NCBI GenBank assembly: GCA_021209335.1
Contig: JAJOIN010000005.1
Location: forward strand, 34 to 64,033
DNA length: 64,000 bases
Source of the DNA: Aeromonadaceae bacterium
GTDB taxonomy: Bacteria; Pseudomonadota; Gammaproteobacteria; Enterobacterales; Aeromonadaceae
Direction: 5' to 3'
Under the pieces are notes generated by a model, which worked only from the letters and a program-made list of their open reading frames with translations, ran no database searches and was not told where the DNA came from. How positions within the stretch are numbered: position 1 is the first letter of the stretch; each line of letters starts with the position of its first letter. The position numbers and the translations under genes were made by a program. This document shows, one piece after another, positions 19,334 through 28,377 of the stretch.

Positions 19334-20257
19334 ATGATGCTTAAATTTATTCTCAAGCGAATCTTGGAGGCGATCCCCACCCTGTTGGTGTTGATCACTG
19401 TCTCCTTTTTCATGATGCGTTTTGCCCCCGGCAACCCCTTTACCAGCGAGCGCGGTCTGTCGCCCGAGGTGAAGGCCAACATCGAAGCCAAATATGGACT
19501 GGATAAGCCGGTCCATCAGCAGTACCTGACTTATCTGGGAAACCTGCTCAAGGGCGATCTGGGCCCCTCGTTCAAATACAAGGATTTTTCGGTCAACGAT
19601 CTGGTGCGGCAGGCCCTGCCGGTTTCCGCCAAGATCGGCTTGGCCGCCTTCTGTCTGGCGGTGTTGGTGGGGGTCAGCTTCGGCACCCTAGCAGCCCTGC
19701 GGCAGAACAGCTGGCTTGACTATGGCCTCATGTCCAGTGCCATGTTCGGGGTGGTGGTCCCCTCCTTTGTGCTGGCGCCCATACTGGTGCTGATCTTTGC
19801 CATCTGGCTGCGCTGGTTACCGGCGGGCGGTTGGCAGCATGGCCAGCTGCAATTCATGGTGCTGCCGGTCATCGGCATGATGATGTACTACGTCTCTGCC
19901 ATCGCCCGCATTATGCGCGGCAGCATGATAGAAACCATGAACTCCAACTTCATCCGCACCGCCAAGGCCAAGGGGCTGCCGCTGCACTACATCATATTGC
20001 GTCACGCGCTGCGGCCGGCCATGCTGCCGGTGGTCTCCTACCTGGGCCCGGCGTTCGTGGGCATCATCACAGGCTCGGTGGTGATTGAGACTATCTTCGG
20101 TCTGCCGGGGATCGGTCAGCTGTTTGTCAACGGCGCCCTGAACCGGGATTACTCCATGGTGCTGGGGCTGACCATATTGGTGGGCACCCTGACCATCACC
20201 TTCAATGCGGTGGTGGACATCCTCTATGCCTTCATCGATCCCAAGATCCGCTACTGA
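19334..20257 (+). CDS. oppB: Oligopeptide ABC permease
   Basis: MLKFILKRILEAIPT, APGNPF, GDLGPSFKY, TAKAKGL and DPKIRY motifs. Confidence 0.95.
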   Translation: MMLKFILKRILEAIPTLLVLITVSFFMMRFAPGNPFTSERGLSPEVKANIEAKYGLDKPVHQQYLTYLGNLLKGDLGPSFKYKDFSVNDLVRQALPVSAKIGLAAFCLAVLVGVSFGTLAALRQNSWLDYGLMSSAMFGVVVPSFVLAPILVLIFAIWLRWLPAGGWQHGQLQFMVLPVIGMMMYYVSAIARIMRGSMIETMNSNFIRTAKAKGLPLHYIILRHALRPAMLPVVSYLGPAFVGIITGSVVIETIFGLPGIGQLFVNGALNRDYSMVLGLTILVGTLTITFNAVVDILYAFIDPKIRY

Positions 20258-20268
20258 CCGAGGTAACC

Positions 20269-21177
20269 ATGGTAGTGAGTAACGCAAAGCAACAAGCGGT
20301 CAGTCAGTTTGCCCAGGCCCTGGAGATCGAAGGCCGCTCCCTGTGGCAGGATGCCCGCCGCCGCTTCTTTAAAAACCGGGCCGCCGTGCTGAGCATGGTG
20401 GTGCTGAGCCTGATTGGCCTGCTGGTGATATTGGGCCCCCTGCTGGCGCCTTTTCCGTTTGATGAACCCGATTGGGGCGCCATGCAAAGCGCGCCGGATT
20501 GGGCCTCGGGCCACTATTTTGGCACCGACAGCCTGGGGCGGGATCTGTTTGCCCGTACCCTGATGGGCGGTCGTATCTCCTTGATGGTGGGGTTGCTGGG
20601 CGCTCTGGTGGCCGTGGTCATCGGCACCCTGTACGGGGCCACCGCCGGGTTTGTCGGCGGCAGTCTGGATCGCCTGATGATGCGGACCCTGGAGATCCTC
20701 TACGCCTTTCCCTTCATGTTCTTCGTCATCATGTTGGTGACCTTCTTCGGCCGGAACATCTGGCTCATCTTCATCGCCATCGGTGCGGTGAGCTGGCTGG
20801 ACATGGCGCGGATCGTGCGTGGTCAGACCCTGAGCCTCAAGAGCAAGGAGTTCATCGAGGCGGCCCATGTTTGCGGCGTCTCCCAGTGGAAGATCATCAC
20901 CCGCCATATCGTGCCCAACGTGCTGGGCATAGTGGTGGTGTACGCCACCCTGCTGGTACCTGGCATGATCTTGTTTGAGTCCTTCTTGAGCTTCCTGGGC
21001 CTGGGGGTGCAGGAGCCCATGACCAGCTGGGGCGCCCTGCTGGACGAGGGATCGAAGTCCATGGAGGTGGCCCTGTGGCAACTGCTGTTCCCGGCCGGTT
21101 TCATGGTGGTCACCCTGTTCTGTTTCAACTTCCTGGGTGACGGTCTGCGTGACGCCCTGGATCCCAAGGACCGCTGA
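20269..21177 (+). CDS. oppC: Oligopeptide ABC permease
   Basis: GRSLWQDARRRF, FGTDSLGRD, EFIEAA and GDGLRDALDPKDR motifs. Confidence 0.95.
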   Translation: MVVSNAKQQAVSQFAQALEIEGRSLWQDARRRFFKNRAAVLSMVVLSLIGLLVILGPLLAPFPFDEPDWGAMQSAPDWASGHYFGTDSLGRDLFARTLMGGRISLMVGLLGALVAVVIGTLYGATAGFVGGSLDRLMMRTLEILYAFPFMFFVIMLVTFFGRNIWLIFIAIGAVSWLDMARIVRGQTLSLKSKEFIEAAHVCGVSQWKIITRHIVPNVLGIVVVYATLLVPGMILFESFLSFLGLGVQEPMTSWGALLDEGSKSMEVALWQLLFPAGFMVVTLFCFNFLGDGLRDALDPKDR

Positions 21178-21187
21178 GGAGAGACGG

Positions 21188-22149
21188 ATGAAATTGCTCG
21201 ATGTACAGGATCTCCGTGTGGAGTTCTCCACCCCGGACGGCAAGGTGGTGGCGGTCAACGATCTGAATTTTGCCCTGCAAGCCGGTGAGACCATGGGCAT
21301 AGTCGGTGAGTCCGGCTCCGGCAAGAGCCAGACCGCCTTCGCCCTGATGGGCCTGTTGGCCAAAAACGGCGTCATCACCGGCTCCGCCAAGTTCAATGGC
21401 CGGGAAATTCTCAACCTGCCCCAGCCGGAGCTCAACCGCATCCGGGCCCAGGAGATCGCCATGATCTTCCAGGACCCCATGACCTCGCTGAACCCCTACA
21501 TGAAGGTGGGCCCCAGCTGATGGAAGTGCTGATGCGACACAAGGGCATGAGCAAGGCCGCGGCGTTTGAGGCCTCGGTACGCATGCTGGATGCGGTGAAG
21601 ATCCCCGAGGCGCGCAAGCGGATGGGCATGTACCCCCATGAGTTTTCCGGTGGCATGCGCCAGCGGGTGATGATCGCCATGGCCTTGCTGTGCAACCCCA
21701 AGCTGCTGATCGCCGATGAACCCACCACGGCGCTGGATGTGACGGTGCAGGCCCAGATCATGGTGCTGCTCAACGAACTCAAGCGCGACTTCAACACCGC
21801 CATCATCATGATCACCCACGACCTGGGGGTCATCGCCGGGCTGTGTGACAAGGTGCTGGTGATGTACGCCGGTCGCACCATGGAGTACGGCAAGGTGGAC
21901 GACATCTTCTACCGGCCGTCCCACCCCTATACCGAGGGCCTGCTGGAGGCCATTCCCCGGCTGGATACCCAAGGGGAGGTGCTGGCCACCATTCCGGGTA
22001 ATCCCCCCAATCTGCTCAAGCTGCCGGTGGGCTGCCCCTTCCAGGAGCGCTGCCATCGGGTTCATGAGCGCTGCGCCCAGGTGGCGCCGGCCTTGCAGGA
22101 CTTCGGCGATGGCCGTCGGCGTGCCTGTCACTGGGATTGGGAGGTATGA
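21188..22149 (+). CDS. oppD: Oligopeptide ABC ATPase, frameshifted in this sequence
   Basis: Walker A GESGSGKS in the first frame; FSGGMRQR and IADEPTT in the second. One added base at 21508-21514 (GGGCCCC) joins them. Confidence 0.9.
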
Positions 22150-23144
22150 GTCGGATGAGCGAGAAGAAACTGTTGCTGGATGTCAGCAACCTCAAGGTGC
22201 ATTTCAAGATCAAGAGCGACAAGGCCTGGCCTTGGGCCAGCCCCTTCTCCCTGAAGGCGGTGGACGGGGTCAGCATCAAGCTCTATGAAGGGGAAACCCT
22301 GGGGGTGGTGGGGGAGTCCGGTTGCGGCAAGTCCACCTTCGCCCGGGCCATCATAGGCCTGGTGGCGGCCACCGAAGGGCAGGTGGTGTGGCTGGGGCAG
22401 GATCTGACCCGGCTGCCGGCAGGTGCGCTGCGGGAGAAGCGCAAGGAAATCCAGATGATCTTCCAAGATCCCCTGGCATCCTTGAATCCTCGGATGACCA
22501 TAGGTGACATCATCGCCGAGCCCCTGCAGACCTTCTATCCCAAGCTGGGCAAGCAGGAGGTGATGGACAGGGTCAAGGCCATCATGATGAAGGTGGGTCT
22601 GCTGCCGAATCTCATCAACCGCTATCCCCACGAGTTCTCCGGTGGTCAGTGCCAGCGCATCGGCATTGCCCGGGCCCTGATCCTGGAGCCCAAGCTCATC
22701 ATCTGCGATGAGCCGGTGTCGGCACTGGATGTCTCCATTCAGGCGCAGGTGGTGAACCTGCTCAAGTCCCTGCAGCAGGAGATGGGCTTGTCCCTGGTGT
22801 TCATCGCCCACGACTTGTCGGTGGTCAAGCACATCTCGGATCGGGTGCTGGTGATGTACCTGGGCAACGCGGTGGAGCTGGGCACAGGCGCCGCCGTGTA
22901 CGCCAACCCGTCCCACCCCTACACCCAGGCCTTGATGTCGGCGGTGCCCATCCCGGATCCCAAGCTTGAGCGGAGCAAGACCATCCAGCTGCTGGAGGGG
23001 GATCTGCCTTCGCCCATCAATCCGCCGTCGGGCTGCGTGTTCCGCACCCGCTGCCCGCTGGCCGATGGCGAGTGCGCCCGGCAGCGGCCGCAGCTCTCCG
23101 GTAGCCAGGAGCATGCGGTCTCCTGCCTCAAGGTCAGCCTCTGA
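22146..23144 (+). CDS. oppF: Oligopeptide ABC ATPase
   Basis: GESGCGKS, FSGGQCQR, ICDEPVS and PSGCVFRTRC motifs. Confidence 0.95.
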   Translation: MSRMSEKKLLLDVSNLKVHFKIKSDKAWPWASPFSLKAVDGVSIKLYEGETLGVVGESGCGKSTFARAIIGLVAATEGQVVWLGQDLTRLPAGALREKRKEIQMIFQDPLASLNPRMTIGDIIAEPLQTFYPKLGKQEVMDRVKAIMMKVGLLPNLINRYPHEFSGGQCQRIGIARALILEPKLIICDEPVSALDVSIQAQVVNLLKSLQQEMGLSLVFIAHDLSVVKHISDRVLVMYLGNAVELGTGAAVYANPSHPYTQALMSAVPIPDPKLERSKTIQLLEGDLPSPINPPSGCVFRTRCPLADGECARQRPQLSGSQEHAVSCLKVSL

Positions 23145-23168
23145 GCCTGACGGCGGAGCGAGCATCAC

Positions 23169-23197
23169 AAGGGCATCACAGCGGGATGCCCTTTTTT
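23169..23197 (+). terminator. opp operon terminator
   Basis: AAGGGCATC/GATGCCCTT stem plus T tract. Confidence 0.8.
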
Positions 23198-23476
23198 GTG
23201 CCGAGCGCCAGCGGTTGCCAACAGGAATGTCCCCAATAGGCACCTGTTTTTGCCCTAATTCACTAGAAATTGGCCTTATCGCCCAAAATGAATGCTGAAA
23301 AGTCCTCTTCGGATAGGTATTCTAGCCGGCGGTTTAGCCAGATGAAGGAGAACCCAGGCTGGATACGATGTCCACTTGCCCCGATAGGCGAGGGCAGGGG
23401 GAGGAGATCGCTGTCAGCCTAAGATGGAGCCAGGACTGTCCGTCCGGCCATCGGCAAATTTTGAGGAACAAGTTTG

Positions 23477-24865
23477 ATGGACGCACAACACCAGACTGAC
23501 GAGCTCCACCGCGGGTTGAGCAATCGTCATGTCCAGCTGATTGCCCTGGGCGGTGCCATAGGTACCGGCCTGTTTTATGCCATTGGCTCCACCATTGCCA
23601 TGGCGGGTCCTGCCGTGTTGCTGGGCTATGCCGTGGCCGGCTTCATCGCCTTTCTGATCATGCGTCAGCTGGGGGAGATGGTGGCCGAAGAGCCGGTCTC
23701 CGGATCATTTAGTCATTTTGCCTATCGCTATTGGAGCGGTTTTGCCGGCTTCCTGTCCGGCTGGAACTATTGGGTGCTGTATGTGCTGGTCAGCATGGCC
23801 GAGTTGACCGTGGTGGGTAAGTACATCCAGTTCTGGTTCCCCGAGGTGCCGACCTGGGTCTCTGCCGCCGTCTTCTTCGTGCTCATCAACGTCATCAACC
23901 TGGCCAACGTCAAGCTGTTCGGTGAGATGGAGTTCTGGTTTGCCATCATCAAGGTGGTGGCCATCATCGGCATGATTGGCTTTGGCACCTGGCTGCTCAT
24001 CAGCGGCACCGGTGGCGAGCAGGCGTCCGTCAGCAACCTGTGGAACAACGGTGGCTTCCTGCCCTATGGCTGGCATGGGCTCATCATGTCACTGGCGCTC
24101 ATCATGTTCTCCTTTGGCGGCCTGGAGCTGGTGGGCATCACGGCGGCTGAAACCGCCGATCCCAAGCGCACCATTCCCAAGGCGGTAAACCAGGTGATCT
24201 ACCGCATCCTGATCTTCTACGTGGGGGCCCTGGCCGTGCTGCTGTGCCTCTACCCCTGGCAGCAGATCACCGCCGATAGCAGCCCGTTCGTCATGATCTT
24301 CAACTCCATCGGCGAGGCGCCGGTGGCGCATGTGCTGAACCTGGTGGTGCTGACCGCCGCCCTGTCGGTGTACAACAGCTGCGTCTACTGCAACAGCCGC
24401 ATGCTGCATGGTCTGGCCCAACAGGGTAATGCGCCCAAGCTGCTGGCCAAGACCGATAAGCGCGGTGTGCCGGTGGTGGCCATTGGCCTGTCGGCCCTGA
24501 CCACACTGCTGTGCGTGGTGATCAACTATGTGATGCCCGGCGAGGCGTTCAAGCTGTTGATGGCGCTGGTGGTGGCGGCCCTCGTGATCAACTGGGCCAT
24601 GATCAGCCTGACTCACATCAAGTTCCGCCGCGCCAAGCAGGCCGAAGGGGTGGAGCCGGGCTTCAAGGCCTTCTGGTTCCCGTTTGCCAACTACCTGTGT
24701 CTGGCCTTCCTGGCGGGCATGCTGGTGATCCTCTATCTGCTGGGCGAGCAGATCTCCGTCTACCTGATGCCGTGCTGGCTGCTGCTGATCTGGGTCGGCT
24801 ACTTGGTGAAGCGGCGCGCCGACGCCAAGGCCGCGCCCCTGAGCCAGGTCAGCGATCCGGCTTAA
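23477..24865 (+). CDS. APC-family amino-acid permease, AroP/PheP-like (aromatic amino acids)
   Basis: RHVQLIALGGAIGTGLF, FGEMEFWF, FSFGGLE and ALSVYNSCVYCNSRML motifs. aroP and pheP cannot be told apart by eye. Confidence 0.9.
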   Translation: MDAQHQTDELHRGLSNRHVQLIALGGAIGTGLFYAIGSTIAMAGPAVLLGYAVAGFIAFLIMRQLGEMVAEEPVSGSFSHFAYRYWSGFAGFLSGWNYWVLYVLVSMAELTVVGKYIQFWFPEVPTWVSAAVFFVLINVINLANVKLFGEMEFWFAIIKVVAIIGMIGFGTWLLISGTGGEQASVSNLWNNGGFLPYGWHGLIMSLALIMFSFGGLELVGITAAETADPKRTIPKAVNQVIYRILIFYVGALAVLLCLYPWQQITADSSPFVMIFNSIGEAPVAHVLNLVVLTAALSVYNSCVYCNSRMLHGLAQQGNAPKLLAKTDKRGVPVVAIGLSALTTLLCVVINYVMPGEAFKLLMALVVAALVINWAMISLTHIKFRRAKQAEGVEPGFKAFWFPFANYLCLAFLAGMLVILYLLGEQISVYLMPCWLLLIWVGYLVKRRADAKAAPLSQVSDPA

Positions 24866-24892
24866 GTCTGGCGCCGTCTTCGATGGTGTTGC

Positions 24893-24917
24893 AAAGCCCC
24901 CGCCCGGGGGCTTTTTT
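24893..24917 (+). terminator. Intrinsic terminator
   Basis: AAAGCCCCC-GCCC-GGGGGCTTTTTT. Confidence 0.8.
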
Positions 24918-25018
24918 GTGCGCATTCCCTTGGTGAAAGTGTGTCATGCATAACAAATTGATTTACTGATTGTTTTTATTCTGTGTGCTTTTGTCTGATC
25001 CCGCAGTCAGGAGTGAGC

Positions 25019-26245
25019 ATGCACAACCGTTTCGACTTTCCCCAACCCGATGCCCAAGGCTATTTCGGTGAATATGGTGGCAGCTTCGTGCCGCCGCAGC
25101 TGCAAAGCATCATCGACGAGATCACCCAGGCCTACCTGGATATCCGGCAGGATCCCGCCTTCCTGGCCGAGCTGACCCATCTGTATCAGCACTTCGTCGG
25201 CCGCCCCAGCCCCATCTTTCACGCCCGCAACCTGTCGGCGGAATTTGGTGCTCCCATCTACCTCAAGCGTGAAGACCTGAACCACACCGGCGCCCACAAG
25301 ATCAACCACTGCCTGGGGGAGGCCCTGCTGGCCAAGAAGATGGGCAAGAAGAAGGTGATTGCCGAAACGGGCGCCGGTCAGCACGGCGTGGCATTGGCCA
25401 CCGCCGCGGCCCTGGTGGGGCTGGAGTGCGACATCTACATGGGGGAGGTGGACATCAAGAAGGAGCACCCCAACGTGGTGCGCATGGGCATACTGGGGGC
25501 TCGGGTGATCCCCGCCACCCATGGTCGCAAGACCTTGAAGGAGGCGGTGGATGCGGCCTTTGACGCCTATCTCCAGGATCCGGTGACCCAGCTCTACGCC
25601 ATCGGCTCCGTGGTGGGGCCCCATCCCTTTCCCATGATGGTGCGGGATTTTCAGTCCATCATCGGCATGGAAGCCCGGGAGCAGTTCCAGCAGATGACCG
25701 GCCGGTTGCCGGATAACCTGGTGGCCTGTGTGGGCGGCGGATCCAACGCCATGGGGCTGTTCAGCGCCTTTCTGGAGGATGCCCAGGTCAAGATGCACGG
25801 GGTGGAGCCGGCGGGGCATGGCCTGGCGCAGGACGGTGAGCACGCCGCCACCCTGACCAAGGGCGAGCCGGGGATCATGCACGGCTTTAAGTCCTACATG
25901 CTCAAAGATGCCAAGGGGGAGCCCCAGGAGGTCTACTCGGTGGCCAGCGGCCTGGATTACCCGGCGGTGGGTCCGCAGCACAGCTACCTCAAGGATGCCG
26001 GCCGGGTCAGCTACGGGGTGGTGGATGACCAGGAGGCCATCGATGCCTTCTTCACCCTGTCGCGGATGGAGGGCATCATTCCGGCCATCGAGTCGGCTCA
26101 CGCCCTGGCCTATGCCCTGAAGCTGGCCCGCCAGGGGGAGACCGGTAGCCTGCTGGTGAACCTCTCCGGCCGTGGCGACAAGGACATTGACTTCGTGGTG
26201 GCCCATTATGGCGCCCAATACGGCGTGGCCAGCCTGCCAAGGTGA
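25019..26245 (+). CDS. trpB: Tryptophan synthase beta subunit, stand-alone copy
   Basis: [22 protein letters not shown] (PLP lysine), [18 protein letters not shown] and NLSGRGDKD motifs; no trpA alongside. Confidence 0.93.
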   Translation: MHNRFDFPQPDAQGYFGEYGGSFVPPQLQSIIDEITQAYLDIRQDPAFLAELTHLYQHFVGRPSPIFHARNLSAEFGAPIYLKREDLNHTGAHKINHCLGEALLAKKMGKKKVIAETGAGQHGVALATAAALVGLECDIYMGEVDIKKEHPNVVRMGILGARVIPATHGRKTLKEAVDAAFDAYLQDPVTQLYAIGSVVGPHPFPMMVRDFQSIIGMEAREQFQQMTGRLPDNLVACVGGGSNAMGLFSAFLEDAQVKMHGVEPAGHGLAQDGEHAATLTKGEPGIMHGFKSYMLKDAKGEPQEVYSVASGLDYPAVGPQHSYLKDAGRVSYGVVDDQEAIDAFFTLSRMEGIIPAIESAHALAYALKLARQGETGSLLVNLSGRGDKDIDFVVAHYGAQYGVASLPR

Positions 26246-26262
26246 GCCGCCTGTGGTGAACG

Positions 26263-26286
26263 GACCCCGCCGTCGGCGGGGTCTTT
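26263..26286 (+). terminator. trpB terminator
   Basis: GACCCCGCC-GTC-GGCGGGGTC followed by TTTGTT. Confidence 0.65.
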
Positions 26287-26385
26287 GTTATCTGGCTGTT
26301 GAAATGGGCGTCGGACGGGTAAGATGCAGCACAGAGCTATCTTTAGCGGGCCGCGTTGCGCCCCCCTCTTGCCCAGGAATGACAG

Positions 26386-26871
26386 ATGCAATTGACGCGT
26401 TTTACCGACTATGGCCTGCGGATCCTCATCTACCTGGCGGTGTTGCCGGAGGGACGGTTGGCCAGCATAGAGGAGGTGTGTCAGGCCTTTGATTTGCCTC
26501 GTAATCATATCAACAAGATAGTGCATCTGATGGGGCGCCTGGGCTGGGTGCTGACCCGGCGGGGCAAGGGCGGAGGCATCTGTCTGGCCTTGCCGCCGGA
26601 GGCCATCAACCTGGGAGAGGTGGTGCTGGCGCTGGAGGGGCACAGACCGCTCATCGACTGTGAGCAGCCCAGCTGCGCCCTGCTGCCGGTCTGCCGCCTC
26701 AAAGGGGTGCTGGCGGAGGCCATGGAGGCCTTTGCGGTGGCCTTGAGTCGTCATACCTTGGACAGCCTGGTGGCCCCCTGCCAGGGCCAGATCCGGCAGC
26801 GTCTGTTGCGGCCGGATCTGCAGGTGCTGGATAACCTGCTGGGCCGCGTGCCTGAACAGGGCGACGGCTGA
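26386..26871 (+). CDS. nsrR: Rrf2-family regulator, NO-sensing NsrR type
   Basis: MQLTRFTDYGLRILIYLA, RGKGGGI and three clustered Cys (DCEQPSCALLPVC). Confidence 0.8.
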   Translation: MQLTRFTDYGLRILIYLAVLPEGRLASIEEVCQAFDLPRNHINKIVHLMGRLGWVLTRRGKGGGICLALPPEAINLGEVVLALEGHRPLIDCEQPSCALLPVCRLKGVLAEAMEAFAVALSRHTLDSLVAPCQGQIRQRLLRPDLQVLDNLLGRVPEQGDG

Positions 26872-27016
26872 CGCGCCTGACTGCCGCCGCATCAACCATA
26901 TGGCCGCATAGCACGGCCGAACTCTCTTCATCTCCCGGGTTTTCATACTAATTTCTTGCTATCTGGCGTCAGATCCATAGTCTGTGCGCCTGAAAAATAA
27001 GAAATAAGGAGATGAT

Positions 27017-28327
27017 ATGGTCAAAAAAGCCCATAAAACCAAGTTAACCATCCGGATCGTGCTGGGCATGATCGCCGGTATCCTGGTGGGGGTGCTGCTG
27101 CGACAACTGACCGCCGATAGCACTTTCGTCAATGATTATCTGATCAATGGCCTGTTTAACATCGTCGGCCAGATCTTCGTCACCAGCCTCAAGATGCTGG
27201 TGGTGCCGCTGGTGTTTGTCTCGTTGGTCTGTGGCAGCAGCTCACTGAAGGACACCAGCCGGCTGGGCCGCCTGGGTGTCAAGACGCTGCTGCTCTATCT
27301 GGCCACCACGGCCCTGGCGGTGGCGCTGGCGATTTTTGTCGCCCAGCTGGTGAGCCCGGGGGCCGGCATGCACCTGAGCGCGGCGCTGAGCTTTGATGTC
27401 AAGCAAGCGCCGAGTCTGGCCGAGGTGCTGGTGGATCTCTTCCCCAGCAATCCCATCCAGGCCATGGCCGAAGGCAAGATGCTGCAGATCATCGTCTTCG
27501 CCCTGCTGGTGGGGGTGGCCATCGCCATCTCGGGCGAGGCCGGGGAGCGGGTGGCCGGGCTATTTAATGATCTCAATGTGGTGATCATGAAGCTGGTGAC
27601 CATCATGATGAACATAGCCCCCTATGGCGTCTTCTGCTTGTTGGCCAAGCTGTTTGCCACCCAGGGGTTTGAGGCCATTCGCAGCCTGGCCAGCTATTTT
27701 CTGGTGGTGCTGGGAGTGCTGCTGCTGCATGGCCTGATCTGCTATCCGCTGCTGCTCAAGCTGCTGTCGGGCCTCAATCCCCTGTTGTTTATCCGCAAGA
27801 TGCGGGATGTGGTGCTGTTTGGCTTCTCCACCTCCTCCTCCAACGCCACCATACCGGTGACCATGGAGACGGTGACCAAGAAGATGGGGGTGAGCAACGG
27901 CGTCAGCTCCTTCACCATCCCCCTGGGAGCCACCATCAACATGGACGGTACCGCCATCATGCAAGGGGTGGCCACCGTGTTTATCGCCAACGTCTATGGC
28001 ATCGACTTGAGCCTGGGGCAGTTCATGACGGTGATCGCCACCGCGACCCTGGCCTCTATCGGTACCGCCGGGGTACCGGGGGTGGGCCTGATCACCCTGG
28101 CCATGGTGCTGCAGCAGGTGGGGTTGCCGGTAGATGGCATCGCCCTCATCATGGGGGTGGATCGTTTGCTGGATATGACCCGCACCGCGGTGAACATCAC
28201 CGGCGATTGCATGGTGACCTGTGTGGTGGCCAAGTCTGAGGGTGAGATGGACTTGGCCGTCTACGGCGACCCGACGGCGGCGGTGCAGGAAGAGGAGCTA
28301 AGGCTGCGCAGTCTGCAGGCCAACTAG
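27017..28327 (+). CDS. Dicarboxylate/amino acid:cation symporter (DAACS)
   Basis: LKMLVVPLVF, FSTSSSNAT, GATINMDGTA, SIGTAGVPG and DRLLDMTRTAVN motifs. Confidence 0.93.
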   Translation: MVKKAHKTKLTIRIVLGMIAGILVGVLLRQLTADSTFVNDYLINGLFNIVGQIFVTSLKMLVVPLVFVSLVCGSSSLKDTSRLGRLGVKTLLLYLATTALAVALAIFVAQLVSPGAGMHLSAALSFDVKQAPSLAEVLVDLFPSNPIQAMAEGKMLQIIVFALLVGVAIAISGEAGERVAGLFNDLNVVIMKLVTIMMNIAPYGVFCLLAKLFATQGFEAIRSLASYFLVVLGVLLLHGLICYPLLLKLLSGLNPLLFIRKMRDVVLFGFSTSSSNATIPVTMETVTKKMGVSNGVSSFTIPLGATINMDGTAIMQGVATVFIANVYGIDLSLGQFMTVIATATLASIGTAGVPGVGLITLAMVLQQVGLPVDGIALIMGVDRLLDMTRTAVNITGDCMVTCVVAKSEGEMDLAVYGDPTAAVQEEELRLRSLQAN

Positions 28328-28345
28328 CGCTGACGGGATGCCAAT

Positions 28346-28375
28346 AAACAGCCGCGGTTTACCGCGGCTGTTTTT
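28346..28375. terminator. Bidirectional terminator
   Basis: AAACAGCCGCGGT-TT-ACCGCGGCTGTTTTT between convergent genes. Confidence 0.8.
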
Positions 28376-28377
28376 AT

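Noticed and set aside
23340-23440. Glycine riboswitch-like words (GAAGGAGAA, CTGTCAG, AGGACTG) in the permease leader
   Set aside because: The GGAGA...CCGAAG...CTCTCAGG order and pairing are not present. Kept only as an unclassified structured leader.
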